A stretch of DNA of 64,000 nt, from positions 2,131 through 66,130 of the forward strand of contig DATKIP010000064.1 of assembly GCA_035544015.1 (NCBI GenBank), read 5' to 3'. The translations under genes and the position numbers were made by a program. This stretch comes from Candidatus Saccharimonadia bacterium. Lineage in GTDB: Bacteria; Patescibacteriota; Saccharimonadia; UBA4664. A model generated the notes under the pieces. The model worked only from the letters and a program-made list of their open reading frames with translations, was not told the DNA's origin and ran no database searches. This document shows, piece by piece, positions 31,301 through 40,677 of the stretch. Numbering within the stretch: position 1 is the first letter of the stretch; the number at the start of each line of letters is the position of its first letter.

Positions 31301-32335
31301 ATGGGCTTAAAAGAACAAATCTTAGAAGTAGCCGAGGCTAAAAAGCACTTTAAGACGGCCGACGTAATGGCCGCCATTAACGATGGCGCCGCTCGTTCGT
31401 ATGTCAGTACAGTAATTAACTCAATGGTATCCGATGGCGCCCTAGTTAGGGAAGGCTCGGGCAGATGGTCTATTTATGCCTTGCCAAAATACGCAGACAC
31501 ACTAGGCAAGAGAATAAAAAAGCGCTTGGCTAACGTCAGCCTTGAAGAATATGAAGTCTTTGACGCTATTAAGAAAGAAAAGCCTTTCTTAAATACCCTC
31601 AGAGAGAATATTCAAAGCGTTCTTGCATATGCTTTCTCAGAAATGCTTAACAATGCCATTGAGCATTCGGGAAGTAAAAACATTGAAGTTGAAATCCAGC
31701 AGCAAAAAGATAACCTCACCTTTGTCGTGAGAGATTTCGGCGTAGGAGTGTTTAGAAATGTTATGGCTAAGCGAGGGCTTGCTTCGGAACTCGAAGCCAT
31801 ACAAGACCTTCTAAAAGGAAAAACTACCACCGCACCTCAAGCCCATTCGGGTGAGGGCATTTTCTTTACTTCGAAAGCCGGCGACCTCTTTGTGCTTGAA
31901 AGCTATGGGCTGAGACTGCGCATTGATAATGTTATTAATGACGTATTTGTAGAGGAAGTTAAGGCTGACGTTCGAGGGACACAAGTTACATTTCAAATCA
32001 GCACAAAATCCAAGCGCCATCTGAGCGAAGTCTTTGCAGGATATCAGGTTGACCCGGAAGAACCTGCCTTCGACCAGACAGAAGTAAAGATTAGACTTTA
32101 CACAATGGGGACAATATATGTCTCAAGGTCTCAGGCTCGAAGAGTCTTAGTAGGACTCGATAAATTCAGAAGAATTATTTTGGACTTTGATAAGGTGCCA
32201 ACGGTCGGACAGGCCTTCTCTGATGAGATATTTCGCGTATTCCAATCCAGACATCCAGAAATCGAAATCGCCCCGGTCAATATGAATGACGCCGTCAAAT
32301 TTATGGTCGGTCGTGTAGATAAACCAACAAAATAA
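31301..32335 (+). CDS. wHTH-HATPase-STAS (DUF4325) fusion protein
   Basis: N-terminal wHTH-like segment, EMLNNAIEHS, RDFGVG, HSGEGIFFTS, SRSQARR, LDFDKV..VGQAFSDEIFR. Confidence 0.85.
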   Translation: MGLKEQILEVAEAKKHFKTADVMAAINDGAARSYVSTVINSMVSDGALVREGSGRWSIYALPKYADTLGKRIKKRLANVSLEEYEVFDAIKKEKPFLNTLRENIQSVLAYAFSEMLNNAIEHSGSKNIEVEIQQQKDNLTFVVRDFGVGVFRNVMAKRGLASELEAIQDLLKGKTTTAPQAHSGEGIFFTSKAGDLFVLESYGLRLRIDNVINDVFVEEVKADVRGTQVTFQISTKSKRHLSEVFAGYQVDPEEPAFDQTEVKIRLYTMGTIYVSRSQARRVLVGLDKFRRIILDFDKVPTVGQAFSDEIFRVFQSRHPEIEIAPVNMNDAVKFMVGRVDKPTK

Positions 32336-32356
32336 CGGCTTTGTAAAGCCGTTATT
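32331..32356. terminator. Hairpin between the convergent gene and tRNA
   Basis: aataacggcttt / aaagccgttatt. Confidence 0.65.
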
Positions 32357-32370
32357 CATCAAATAATTCC

Positions 32371-32445
32371 TGGCTCCGGAGGTCGGGCTCGAACCGACGA
32401 CCAATTCGTTAACAGCGAACTGCTCTACCACTGAGCTACTCCGGA
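32371..32445 (-). tRNA. tRNA-Asn (GTT)
   Basis: Reverse complement TCCGGAGTAGCTCAGTGGTAGAGCAGTTCGCTGTTAACGAATTGGTCGTCGGTTCGAGCCCGACCTCCGGAGCCA: cloverleaf, anticodon GTT, encoded CCA. Confidence 0.97.
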
Positions 32446-32606
32446 TCACAATGTGGGCTGGCCCCATCGGGTGATACTACGAGATTATAGCGATGCGACT
32501 CGGCCTGGTCAATCACTGCGCAAAAAAGCGGCCAGAGATTACCTCTAGCCGCCGGGGGTGTGGAGACCGTTCGCTCCCATGCCCCCATCTCGTCTTGAAC
32601 GCGCGG

Positions 32607-33014
32607 CTACTTGCCGCCAAGCAACTTCCCGATCACGCCTGCGATACCGCCGACGACGCGCTGGCCTGGCGCCGCCGAAGCGGGCCTGGTCACCACGATG
32701 GTGGGCTCGACGAACTGTCCCTGCCCGTCGATCTGAGCTGTCCAGCGCGGGCGCTGCTGGGTGAGCTCGCGCTCGAACAGATCAAACCCCACCCGGCTGA
32801 AGCTGTCGCTCCACTGGAGTGTCAGTTTGTTGCCGTTCCAGCCGCCGCGCTCGGCCCGCTCCAGAGCGGCCCAGATGGCGTCGGCGGCCTTGCGTGGCGC
32901 CCCTGCCACCAGGCGCTCCGCTTGCGCCGCGTCGTGGCGCTCCCAGTAGTCCTTCTCGTGTTGGGCAAGACGCTCAGCGGCTTGCTTCGGGGTCTCGGGC
33001 GTGTAGTCGGACAT
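32607..33014 (-). CDS. Hypothetical protein
   Basis: GAGG SD, ORF followed by two GC hairpins and a T-tract; C-terminal amphipathic VVGGIAGVIGKLLGGK. Confidence 0.55.
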   Translation of the reverse strand: MSDYTPETPKQAAERLAQHEKDYWERHDAAQAERLVAGAPRKAADAIWAALERAERGGWNGNKLTLQWSDSFSRVGFDLFERELTQQRPRWTAQIDGQGQFVEPTIVVTRPASAAPGQRVVGGIAGVIGKLLGGK

Positions 33015-33157
33015 ATTGCTCACCCTCTCGGTCAAGGTTCAGGACAAACCGCATTATAACATAAAACAAAGATAAATACTAGGATTCGACCCCACCAGAG
33101 TCCTGTATTATTTGGGATTTTCCCTATATAATGGGCAAACTTACTGAGGAGGTCGAA

Positions 33158-36100
33158 GTGAACCGCTTGAAACGTGCCGCTGCAATTGCCCTGATCGCCC
33201 TACTAACCCTATCCGGTCTCACGCTGCCCGTGCCCGGCGCACACGCCTCCACCCCCACCGGCTCCTCGATCAACACCCACACCGTCATGGTCGACGATCA
33301 AAGCAAAATCGTGTCGTGGGTGCCCAACCAAGACCAGGCCTATGCCACCGTGGCCGCCAGCGCCTGGAATTTCCTCCTTAATAACGTCCCCACCGACGAG
33401 CACGGCCTGCCTGGCTTCTACACCCACTCCTACTTCAACCCCGACACGCGTGAGCTGTCGTTCAACCCCCACAACCCGGCCGGCACCAATGCCATGCTCA
33501 CCGAATCCGCGCTCCAATACTACCAATATTCCGGTGACGCCCGCGTGCTCACGCTGGTCGAAAATTCCGTCACATACCACCTGGATCACGGCATGACTGC
33601 TGCCGGCGACAATTGGTCAAACGTACCCTACGCCAGCAGCGATTACGGCAACACCACCTACGCCGGCGCTAGCCGCGGCAATTCCGACGGCGTCGGTGAC
33701 GGCGTGGGCGTGATCGAGCCCGACAAAGTCGGCGAGCTCGGCGTCGCCTTCGTGCAGCTGTACAAGATCACCGGCGAGCAGAAGTACCTCACCGCCGCCA
33801 TCAATGCTGCCAATGCCCTCGCCAGCCACGTGCGCGCCGGCAACGCCACCCAGTCGCCGTGGCCCTTCCGCGTGAAGGCCTCCGACAACACCATCAAAGA
33901 GCAATACACCGCCCACACCATCAGCCCCATCGAGCTGCTCGACAATCTCATTGCGCTCGGTCAGGGCAACACCGCCTCGTATCAGTCCGCCCGCACCACC
34001 GCCTGGAACTGGCTCATGCAGTACCCTATGCAAAGCAACAACTGGAGCACCTACTTCGAGGACGTCGATTTCCATCCCGGCGCCAATAACAACACCCAAA
34101 TGAACTCCATAATGACCGCCCGCTACCTCTTGCAGCACCCCGAGTACGACGCCAACTGGGAGACGCACGTGCGCGGGCTGATCGCCTGGACCGAGCAAAA
34201 CTTTGCCGTACCCGCTTTCGGCGCCAACACCATCCAGGAACAGGCCGATTTTGCCCACCCCATGGGTAGCCACACCAGCCGCTACTGCGATGTGAACGCC
34301 TTGCTCTACCAGCGCACCGGCGACCTCGCTGCCAAAGAAAAAGCCTACCGCGCCTGCAACTGGGCCACCTACATGGCCCGCGACAACGGCGTGGTCATTG
34401 ACGGCCCCGAGATCAACAACGCCTGGTTCACCGACGGCTACGGCGACTTCATCCGCGGCATGATGGTAGCCATGGGCGGTTCGCCCGACTTCGCCCCCGC
34501 CGGCCAAAACCACCTGCTCCAAACCAGCTCCGTGGTCACGAACGTCACGTACGGCCCGTCGCAGCTCAGCTACTCCGCCTTTGAGGCCGCCGGCACCGAG
34601 GTCATCAAAGTCGCCAGCGCCCCCACCGGCGTCGCGATCAATGGCGTTAGCCTCGCTCAGCGCAGCGACCTGGCCGCCGAGGGCTGGACCTACGACGCCG
34701 CTCAAAGCGTGGTACGCGTGCGCCGCGATACGGGCAAAAACGTCACCATCGCACTCAACGGTACCCCCACCAACCTGCTTCCCAACGTGAGCCTCAGCAC
34801 CGGCGCCACCACCTACACCGCACCGGCCAGCTTCAACGTCACGGCCGCCGCCAGCGACCCCGACGGCACCATCACCAAGGTCGAATTCTACCAAAACGGC
34901 GCCCTCGTGAGCACTGTCACCACCACGCCTTATACCTTTGCCGCCGCCGCTCTACCCGCCGGCAGCTACGCCTTCAGCGCTCGCGCCTACGACAACCAAA
35001 ACGCCAGTAGCAACTCCAATACCGTTAGCGTCACCGTCAACGGTGCCTCCCAGGGTGGTACCTGGACCGGCGCCGACATTGGCACCACCGGCGTAGCCGG
35101 CTCCACTGCTGCCGCGGGCAGCGCCATTACCGTGAAGGGTGGCGGCACCGATATCTGGGGCACTGCCGACTCGTTCCAATTCGGCTACCAGCAAATGACC
35201 GGCGACGGCGAGATCAAAGCCCGCGTCGTCACGCAGCAAAACACCGACCCCTGGGCGCTAGCCGGCGTCATGATCCGCGACACCCTCGCCCCCGGCGCCA
35301 AAGAGACGCTAGCCGCCATGACCCCCGGCCACGGTGCAGCCTTTGACTACCGCACCGCCACCGGTGGCAGCACCACTTACGTCAACGGCGCCGCGGCCAC
35401 CGTGCCATATTGGATGCGCCTCGTGCGCGCCGGCACCACCATTACCGCCTCCAAATCCACCAACGGCACCGCCTGGACCAGCATGGGCAGTGCTACCGTT
35501 AGCCTCGGCACCACCGCCTACGTTGGCCTGGCCGTCACCTCGCACAACCCGTCCGCGCTCGGCACCGCCACCTTCGACAACGTCAGCTTCACCGGCCAGT
35601 CCACTGCCGACACCACCCCGCCCGTCATCTCGGGCATAAGCGTCTCCGGCGTGAACCCCAACGGCGCCACGGTCAGTTGGACCACGAGCGAGCCCGCCAC
35701 CTCGCAGATCGAATTCGGTCCCACCACCGCGTATGGCAGCTCCACCACGCTCAACAGCAGCCTGGCCACTGCTCACACCCAGGTAGTTCCCGACCTGGCC
35801 TCCGCCACCACTTACCACTACCGCGTCAAATCCGCCGACGCCGCGGCCAACCTGGCCACCTCGGCCGACAACACCTTTACCACCCCTACTCCGGCCGACA
35901 CCCAGGCCCCGTCGGCCCCCACCGGCCTCACCGCTACGGCCATTAGCTTTACCCAGGCCAATCTAAACTGGACCGCCGCTACCGACAACGTCGCCGTCAC
36001 CGGCTACCAGGTCTTCCGCGACGGCGTCCAAATCGGCACCGCCACGGGCACCACCTTTAGCGACGCCGCCCTCACCTTCAACACGAATTACACCTACACC

Positions 36101-37909
36101 GTGCGCGCCGTCGACGCGGCCGGCAACGTTTCGCTCGATTCTAATGCGGCCGCTATCACCACCCCCACGCCCGACACCCAGGCTCCCAGCGTACCCACCG
36201 GCCTCACCGCCAGCGTCACCCTGCCCAACCAAGTTGACCTCAGCTGGACCGCCGCCGCCGACGACACCGCTGTCACAAAATACCTCGTGAAGCGAAACGG
36301 CGCCGTCATAGCTCAACCCACCGGCACCACGTTCTCCGACACCACCGCCACCGGCGGTAGCACCTACAGCTACGTCGTGGCCGCCGCCGACGCCGCCGGC
36401 AACACATCGGCCAGCTCCGACCCAGCCACCGCCACTGTTCCCGACACCACCGCCCCCACCGCGCCCGTGAGCCTCACCGCCACGGCCGTTGCCGGGCCGC
36501 AAGTCAACCTATCCTGGGGCGCCTCCAGCGATGCCGTCGGTGTCACCAGCTACCTCATCTTCCGCGACGGCCAACCCCTCGACACCGCCACCGGCACGAG
36601 CTACTCGGACGCTAATGTAGTAACCGGCACCACCTACAATTACACGGTCGAAGCCACCGATGCCGCCGGTAACCTCTCCGCTGCCTCCAACACCGCCACC
36701 ATTACACCTCCCGTGCCCGACACCCAAGCGCCCACCGCGCCCACCGGTCTCACCGCCACGGCTGTCAGCTTCACCCAGGTGAACCTCGCCTGGACCGCCG
36801 CTACCGACAACATCGCCGTCACCGGCTACCAAATCTTCCGCGACGGCGCCCAGGTCGGCACCACCACTGGCACCACCTATGCCGACACCGCCCTGCTAGC
36901 CGGCAACAGCTACGCTTACACCGTGCGTGCCACCGATGCCGCCGGCAACCTTTCGCCCGCGTCCAACACCGCCACGGCCACCACGCCCACGCCCGACACC
37001 ACGCCGCCGTCGGCCCCCAGCGCCCTCACCGCCACCGCGCCCACCGGCACGCAGGTCAACCTCAGCTGGACCGCCAGCACCGACAACGTCGGCGTCACTC
37101 GCTACAATGTCCTGCGCGGCGGAACCCAAATCGGCACCACTACGAGCACGAGCTATGCCGACACCACGGTCGCCGCCGGCACCAGCTACTCCTACACTGT
37201 GACTGCCCAAGACGCCGCCGGCAACGTGAGCGCCGCGTCCAACACCGCCACCGTCACCACGCCGGCCCCGGTCGTCACGCTCGCCGTCGACACCCAAGTG
37301 GCCGTCCACACCACCACGGCCGCTACCACCATCACCTCGCCGGCCTTCACCACCGCCGGCCCAGGCGAGCTCCTCGTAGCCTTCGTCTCCTCCGACGGCC
37401 CCAGCGGCGCCTCCACCTTTAGCTCCGTCACCACCACCGGCCTCACCTGGACCCTGCGCAAGCGCCAAAACACCCAGGCCGGCACCTCCGAGATCTGGAC
37501 CGCCCCGGCCGCCGCCAAGCTCACGAATGCCACGGCCAAAGCCACCCGCACCGGTTCCTACCGCAGCTCCCTCGTCGTCACCGCCTTCAAGGGCGCCGAC
37601 CTCACGACCATCGGCGCCACCGCCGGAGCCAGTGCCGCCACCGGCGCCGCCACTGCCAGCCTCACCACCACCCGCGCGGGTTCCTGGGTCTGGGCCGTTG
37701 GCAACGACTGGGACAACGCCGTCGCCCGCACGGTCGGTACCGCCCAAACCAAAGTCGATGAGTTCCTCACGAGCACCGGCGACACCCTCTGGGTCCAGCG
37801 CCGCACCGCCGTCACCCCGGCCGCCGGCACCGTTGTTACCATCAACGACACCGCCCCCACCGCCGACCGCTACAACCTGGCGCTCATCGAGATTCTGCCC
37901 GCTCCATAG
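33158..37909 (+). CDS. Large secreted protein: helical-barrel glycosidase-like domain, Ig domain, lectin-like domain, six FN3-type repeats
   Basis: GAGGAGG SD and GTG, signal peptide ending AHA, ASDPDGTITKVEFY Ig motif, DIWGTADSF/YVGLAVTSH ConA-like domain, repeated DTxAPxAPTGL. Confidence 0.85.
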   Translation: MNRLKRAAAIALIALLTLSGLTLPVPGAHASTPTGSSINTHTVMVDDQSKIVSWVPNQDQAYATVAASAWNFLLNNVPTDEHGLPGFYTHSYFNPDTRELSFNPHNPAGTNAMLTESALQYYQYSGDARVLTLVENSVTYHLDHGMTAAGDNWSNVPYASSDYGNTTYAGASRGNSDGVGDGVGVIEPDKVGELGVAFVQLYKITGEQKYLTAAINAANALASHVRAGNATQSPWPFRVKASDNTIKEQYTAHTISPIELLDNLIALGQGNTASYQSARTTAWNWLMQYPMQSNNWSTYFEDVDFHPGANNNTQMNSIMTARYLLQHPEYDANWETHVRGLIAWTEQNFAVPAFGANTIQEQADFAHPMGSHTSRYCDVNALLYQRTGDLAAKEKAYRACNWATYMARDNGVVIDGPEINNAWFTDGYGDFIRGMMVAMGGSPDFAPAGQNHLLQTSSVVTNVTYGPSQLSYSAFEAAGTEVIKVASAPTGVAINGVSLAQRSDLAAEGWTYDAAQSVVRVRRDTGKNVTIALNGTPTNLLPNVSLSTGATTYTAPASFNVTAAASDPDGTITKVEFYQNGALVSTVTTTPYTFAAAALPAGSYAFSARAYDNQNASSNSNTVSVTVNGASQGGTWTGADIGTTGVAGSTAAAGSAITVKGGGTDIWGTADSFQFGYQQMTGDGEIKARVVTQQNTDPWALAGVMIRDTLAPGAKETLAAMTPGHGAAFDYRTATGGSTTYVNGAAATVPYWMRLVRAGTTITASKSTNGTAWTSMGSATVSLGTTAYVGLAVTSHNPSALGTATFDNVSFTGQSTADTTPPVISGISVSGVNPNGATVSWTTSEPATSQIEFGPTTAYGSSTTLNSSLATAHTQVVPDLASATTYHYRVKSADAAANLATSADNTFTTPTPADTQAPSAPTGLTATAISFTQANLNWTAATDNVAVTGYQVFRDGVQIGTATGTTFSDAALTFNTNYTYTVRAVDAAGNVSLDSNAAAITTPTPDTQAPSVPTGLTASVTLPNQVDLSWTAAADDTAVTKYLVKRNGAVIAQPTGTTFSDTTATGGSTYSYVVAAADAAGNTSASSDPATATVPDTTAPTAPVSLTATAVAGPQVNLSWGASSDAVGVTSYLIFRDGQPLDTATGTSYSDANVVTGTTYNYTVEATDAAGNLSAASNTATITPPVPDTQAPTAPTGLTATAVSFTQVNLAWTAATDNIAVTGYQIFRDGAQVGTTTGTTYADTALLAGNSYAYTVRATDAAGNLSPASNTATATTPTPDTTPPSAPSALTATAPTGTQVNLSWTASTDNVGVTRYNVLRGGTQIGTTTSTSYADTTVAAGTSYSYTVTAQDAAGNVSAASNTATVTTPAPVVTLAVDTQVAVHTTTAATTITSPAFTTAGPGELLVAFVSSDGPSGASTFSSVTTTGLTWTLRKRQNTQAGTSEIWTAPAAAKLTNATAKATRTGSYRSSLVVTAFKGADLTTIGATAGASAATGAATASLTTTRAGSWVWAVGNDWDNAVARTVGTAQTKVDEFLTSTGDTLWVQRRTAVTPAAGTVVTINDTAPTADRYNLALIEILPAP

Positions 37910-37944
37910 TCGTATCCAGGGCCAAATCTGCCTATACTACGAGT

Positions 37945-38478
37945 ATGTTCATCAAAGAACTCTCCACCACCGACCCGACCATTCAGCTAGTGGCGCCCGA
38001 CGTCATCCGCGACGCTCCTCTAGGCGTCACCTGGCTGGCTGGTCCGCGTGGCCGGCATACCCTCAAAATGATGGGCGTGATGGATTCAATCAATCAGCCC
38101 TCAGACCTAGACCAGGAAACCAAACGCATCCAGGTCTTCCTCGAAAACCCCAACCAGTACAACTGGATGATTCGAGTCAAAAACCAGATAGTCGGTTCAG
38201 TTTGGGTTGACCGGCACGGCTGGGGCAATCTCAAAGGGCCCGTCGTCTCGATCATGATTGGCGACCCCTCGGCCCGCGGACAAGGGGTTGGACATGCCGC
38301 GCTTCAGGCAGCCATTGAATTCCTCGAATCCCAAGGGCATAAGCGCATATACGCTCGTCATATCATCGATAACCAAGTTAGCCCTCTGCTCCTAAGTAAA
38401 TTAGGTTTCAAAAAAACCGGCGATCCCTATATTGACGATGAAGATGGCTTGAGCTGGCAGACGCTGGTTCGCTCCTAG
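37945..38478 (+). CDS. GNAT acetyltransferase (RimJ-like)
   Basis: IMIGDPSARGQGVG, N..S..LL.KLGF. Confidence 0.85.
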   Translation: MFIKELSTTDPTIQLVAPDVIRDAPLGVTWLAGPRGRHTLKMMGVMDSINQPSDLDQETKRIQVFLENPNQYNWMIRVKNQIVGSVWVDRHGWGNLKGPVVSIMIGDPSARGQGVGHAALQAAIEFLESQGHKRIYARHIIDNQVSPLLLSKLGFKKTGDPYIDDEDGLSWQTLVRS

Positions 38479-38481
38479 CAA

Positions 38482-38593
38482 CGGTAAAGCGGAGGTTGGC
38501 TAGCTCGACGCAATCTGACGCCTGACAACCATCGGCCCAGGATGCTAACGACTAGGTAGAGTTCGTCAGTCAGGAGAGCTAGCCAACCGCAGC
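38482..38593 (+). repeat. Structured intergenic element, copy C
   Basis: Arm ggttggctagctc (38494-506) / gagctagccaacc (38576-88); inner ctgacg/cgtcag; core cctgacaacc...ggtagagtt. Confidence 0.88.
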
Positions 38594-38623
38594 AAATATC
38601 ATGCGCCGGTGTATAGTAGGGGC

Positions 38624-39802
38624 ATGTTCGAGAGAACTCTCTTCGATAAACTCCTCCGCCGCCTCAAATCTGGCGGTGTCACGGTCCATTATTGGGATGG
38701 TACCACGACCCATTATGGCCCTGCCAAGCCCTACTTTGAGCTTATCCTCCATCACCCCCGAGCGGTGCGGGCAATCATGCGGCAGTTCACGCTCGGCTTT
38801 GGGGAAGCCTATATGGACGGCGCGATCGACATCGCCGGGGATATCACCCAAATCGGCCGGCTGATCGCCGAAAACCGGTCCGCCTTCGCCGCGCTCACCA
38901 AATTGAGCAATCTGCGCCGCCGCCAGCCCAACCGGCCCGGGCGCCAGCGCCACCTCATCCAGCACCACTACGATCTCGGAAACGATTTTTACCGTCTCTG
39001 GCTCGACAAATCCATGACCTACTCCTGCGCCTATTTCAGGCACGCTGATGATACACTTGAGGCTGCCCAAAGCCAAAAAGTCGAACACATTTTGCGTAAA
39101 CTGCAGCTCAGCCCAGGCCAAACCTTGCTCGACATTGGCTGCGGCTGGGGCCAATTGCTCATCGCCGCGGCCCAGAAGACCCCTGGCCTCCGCGGCCGCG
39201 GCATTACGCTGAGCGCCGAGCAATTCAAGCTTGCCACTGAGCGCGTCGCTGCCGCCGGGCTCAAAGATCGCATCACGATCGAGCTCATTAGCTACCACGA
39301 CCTAGCGGCCCGCGACCTCAAGTTCGACCGCATCGTATCGGTCGGAATGTACGAGCACGTGGGCTACCGCAACCATGCCGGCTACTTCCGCGCTGTCAAA
39401 CAGATGCTCGCGCCAAACGGCCTGAGCGTGCTGCACACCATCTCCACCGAGCATCTCCAGCCCAACGACGCCTGGATCGACAAATACATCTTCCCCGGCG
39501 GCTTCCTGCCCACGGTGGCCGAAACCACCAAGCTCATGGAAGCTCACGGCTTCGAGCTCCAAGATTACGAAAACCTGCGCTACCACTACGCCCTCACCCT
39601 CGACGAGTGGCTTCGGCGTTTCGAATCCCACCGCGACGAGGTCAAAGCCATGTACGACGAACGCTTTTACCGCATGTGGCGCCTCTACCTCGGAGGCTCC
39701 ATCGCCGGCTTCCGCTACTCCGACCTCACGCTGTCGCAATTCGTCATGACGCCCGGCCCCAACCCCCACCTCCCCCTCACCCGCGAGTTCCTCTACCAGT
39801 AG
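38624..39802 (+). CDS. cfa: Cyclopropane-fatty-acyl-phospholipid synthase family methyltransferase
   Basis: GEAYMDG, HHYDLGNDFY, MTYSCAYF, LDIGCGWG, KYIFPGG, RMWRLYL. Confidence 0.9.
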   Translation: MFERTLFDKLLRRLKSGGVTVHYWDGTTTHYGPAKPYFELILHHPRAVRAIMRQFTLGFGEAYMDGAIDIAGDITQIGRLIAENRSAFAALTKLSNLRRRQPNRPGRQRHLIQHHYDLGNDFYRLWLDKSMTYSCAYFRHADDTLEAAQSQKVEHILRKLQLSPGQTLLDIGCGWGQLLIAAAQKTPGLRGRGITLSAEQFKLATERVAAAGLKDRITIELISYHDLAARDLKFDRIVSVGMYEHVGYRNHAGYFRAVKQMLAPNGLSVLHTISTEHLQPNDAWIDKYIFPGGFLPTVAETTKLMEAHGFELQDYENLRYHYALTLDEWLRRFESHRDEVKAMYDERFYRMWRLYLGGSIAGFRYSDLTLSQFVMTPGPNPHLPLTREFLYQ

Positions 39803-39820
39803 CAACATAGGGGTGCAGTG

Positions 39821-39931
39821 GGGTGGCGCGGAGGCAAACTGGCGCGACGCCGAAGACGCCAGACAACCACCGCTCCCACAATGCCAAACTCAGGTCGAGT
39901 TCGTCGCCCAGGAGCGCCAGTTTGCCGCAGC
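39821..39931 (+). repeat. Structured intergenic element, copy D
   Basis: Arm ggcaaactggcgc (39833-45) / gcgccagtttgcc (39914-26); core cg-ccagacaacc...ggtcgagtt-cg. Confidence 0.88.
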
Positions 39932-39993
39932 CCACCGCCTGCGGCCGTCCTCAATTCAGCGCAATCTCAGCCAAACCAGCGTACAATGCCCCC

Positions 39994-40677
39994 ATGAGAA
40001 TCCTAGTCGTAGAAGACGAGCACAAAATCGCCGGCGCCATCAAGCGGGGCCTCGAGCAGGAGTCGTACGCCGTCGACGCCGTGTACGACGGCGATGAGGG
40101 CCTCTCGAGCGCTCTCACCGACGAGTACGACGTTATCATCCTCGACCGCATGCTCCCCGGCCTGCTCGACGGCGTCGAGATATGCAAAGAGGTCCGCGCC
40201 GCCGGTATCCGCACGCCCATCCTCATGCTCACCGCCAAGGACAAAATCTCCGACCGCGTCGAGGGCCTTGGTTCCGGCGCCGATGATTACCTCGTAAAGC
40301 CCTTTGCCTTCGAGGAGCTCCTAGCCCGCATTCGTGCCCTGCTGCGCCGGCCCCAAGATCACGTCGGCAACGTGCTCGAGCTCGCCGATCTCAGTCTCGA
40401 TACCCAAACCTACGAGGTCAAACGCGACGGCCGTCGCATTCAGCTGTCGCAGCGCGAATACGCTCTGCTCGAATACCTCTTGCGCAACCAAAACCGCATT
40501 CTCTCCAAAACCAACATCATCAGCCACGTTTGGGATTACGATGCCGATATCCTCCCCAACACCCTAGAGGTGTATATTGGATATCTGCGGGGCAAAATTG
40601 AGCGCCCGTTCAAAGGTCCAGAACTAATCCACACCGTTCGAGGCTTCGGCTACAAGCTCTCCACTTCAAGCGAATGA
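39994..40677 (+). CDS. OmpR-family response regulator
   Basis: MRILVVEDE, ILDRMLP, GADDYLVKPF, TVRGFGY. Confidence 0.95.
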   Translation: MRILVVEDEHKIAGAIKRGLEQESYAVDAVYDGDEGLSSALTDEYDVIILDRMLPGLLDGVEICKEVRAAGIRTPILMLTAKDKISDRVEGLGSGADDYLVKPFAFEELLARIRALLRRPQDHVGNVLELADLSLDTQTYEVKRDGRRIQLSQREYALLEYLLRNQNRILSKTNIISHVWDYDADILPNTLEVYIGYLRGKIERPFKGPELIHTVRGFGYKLSTSSE

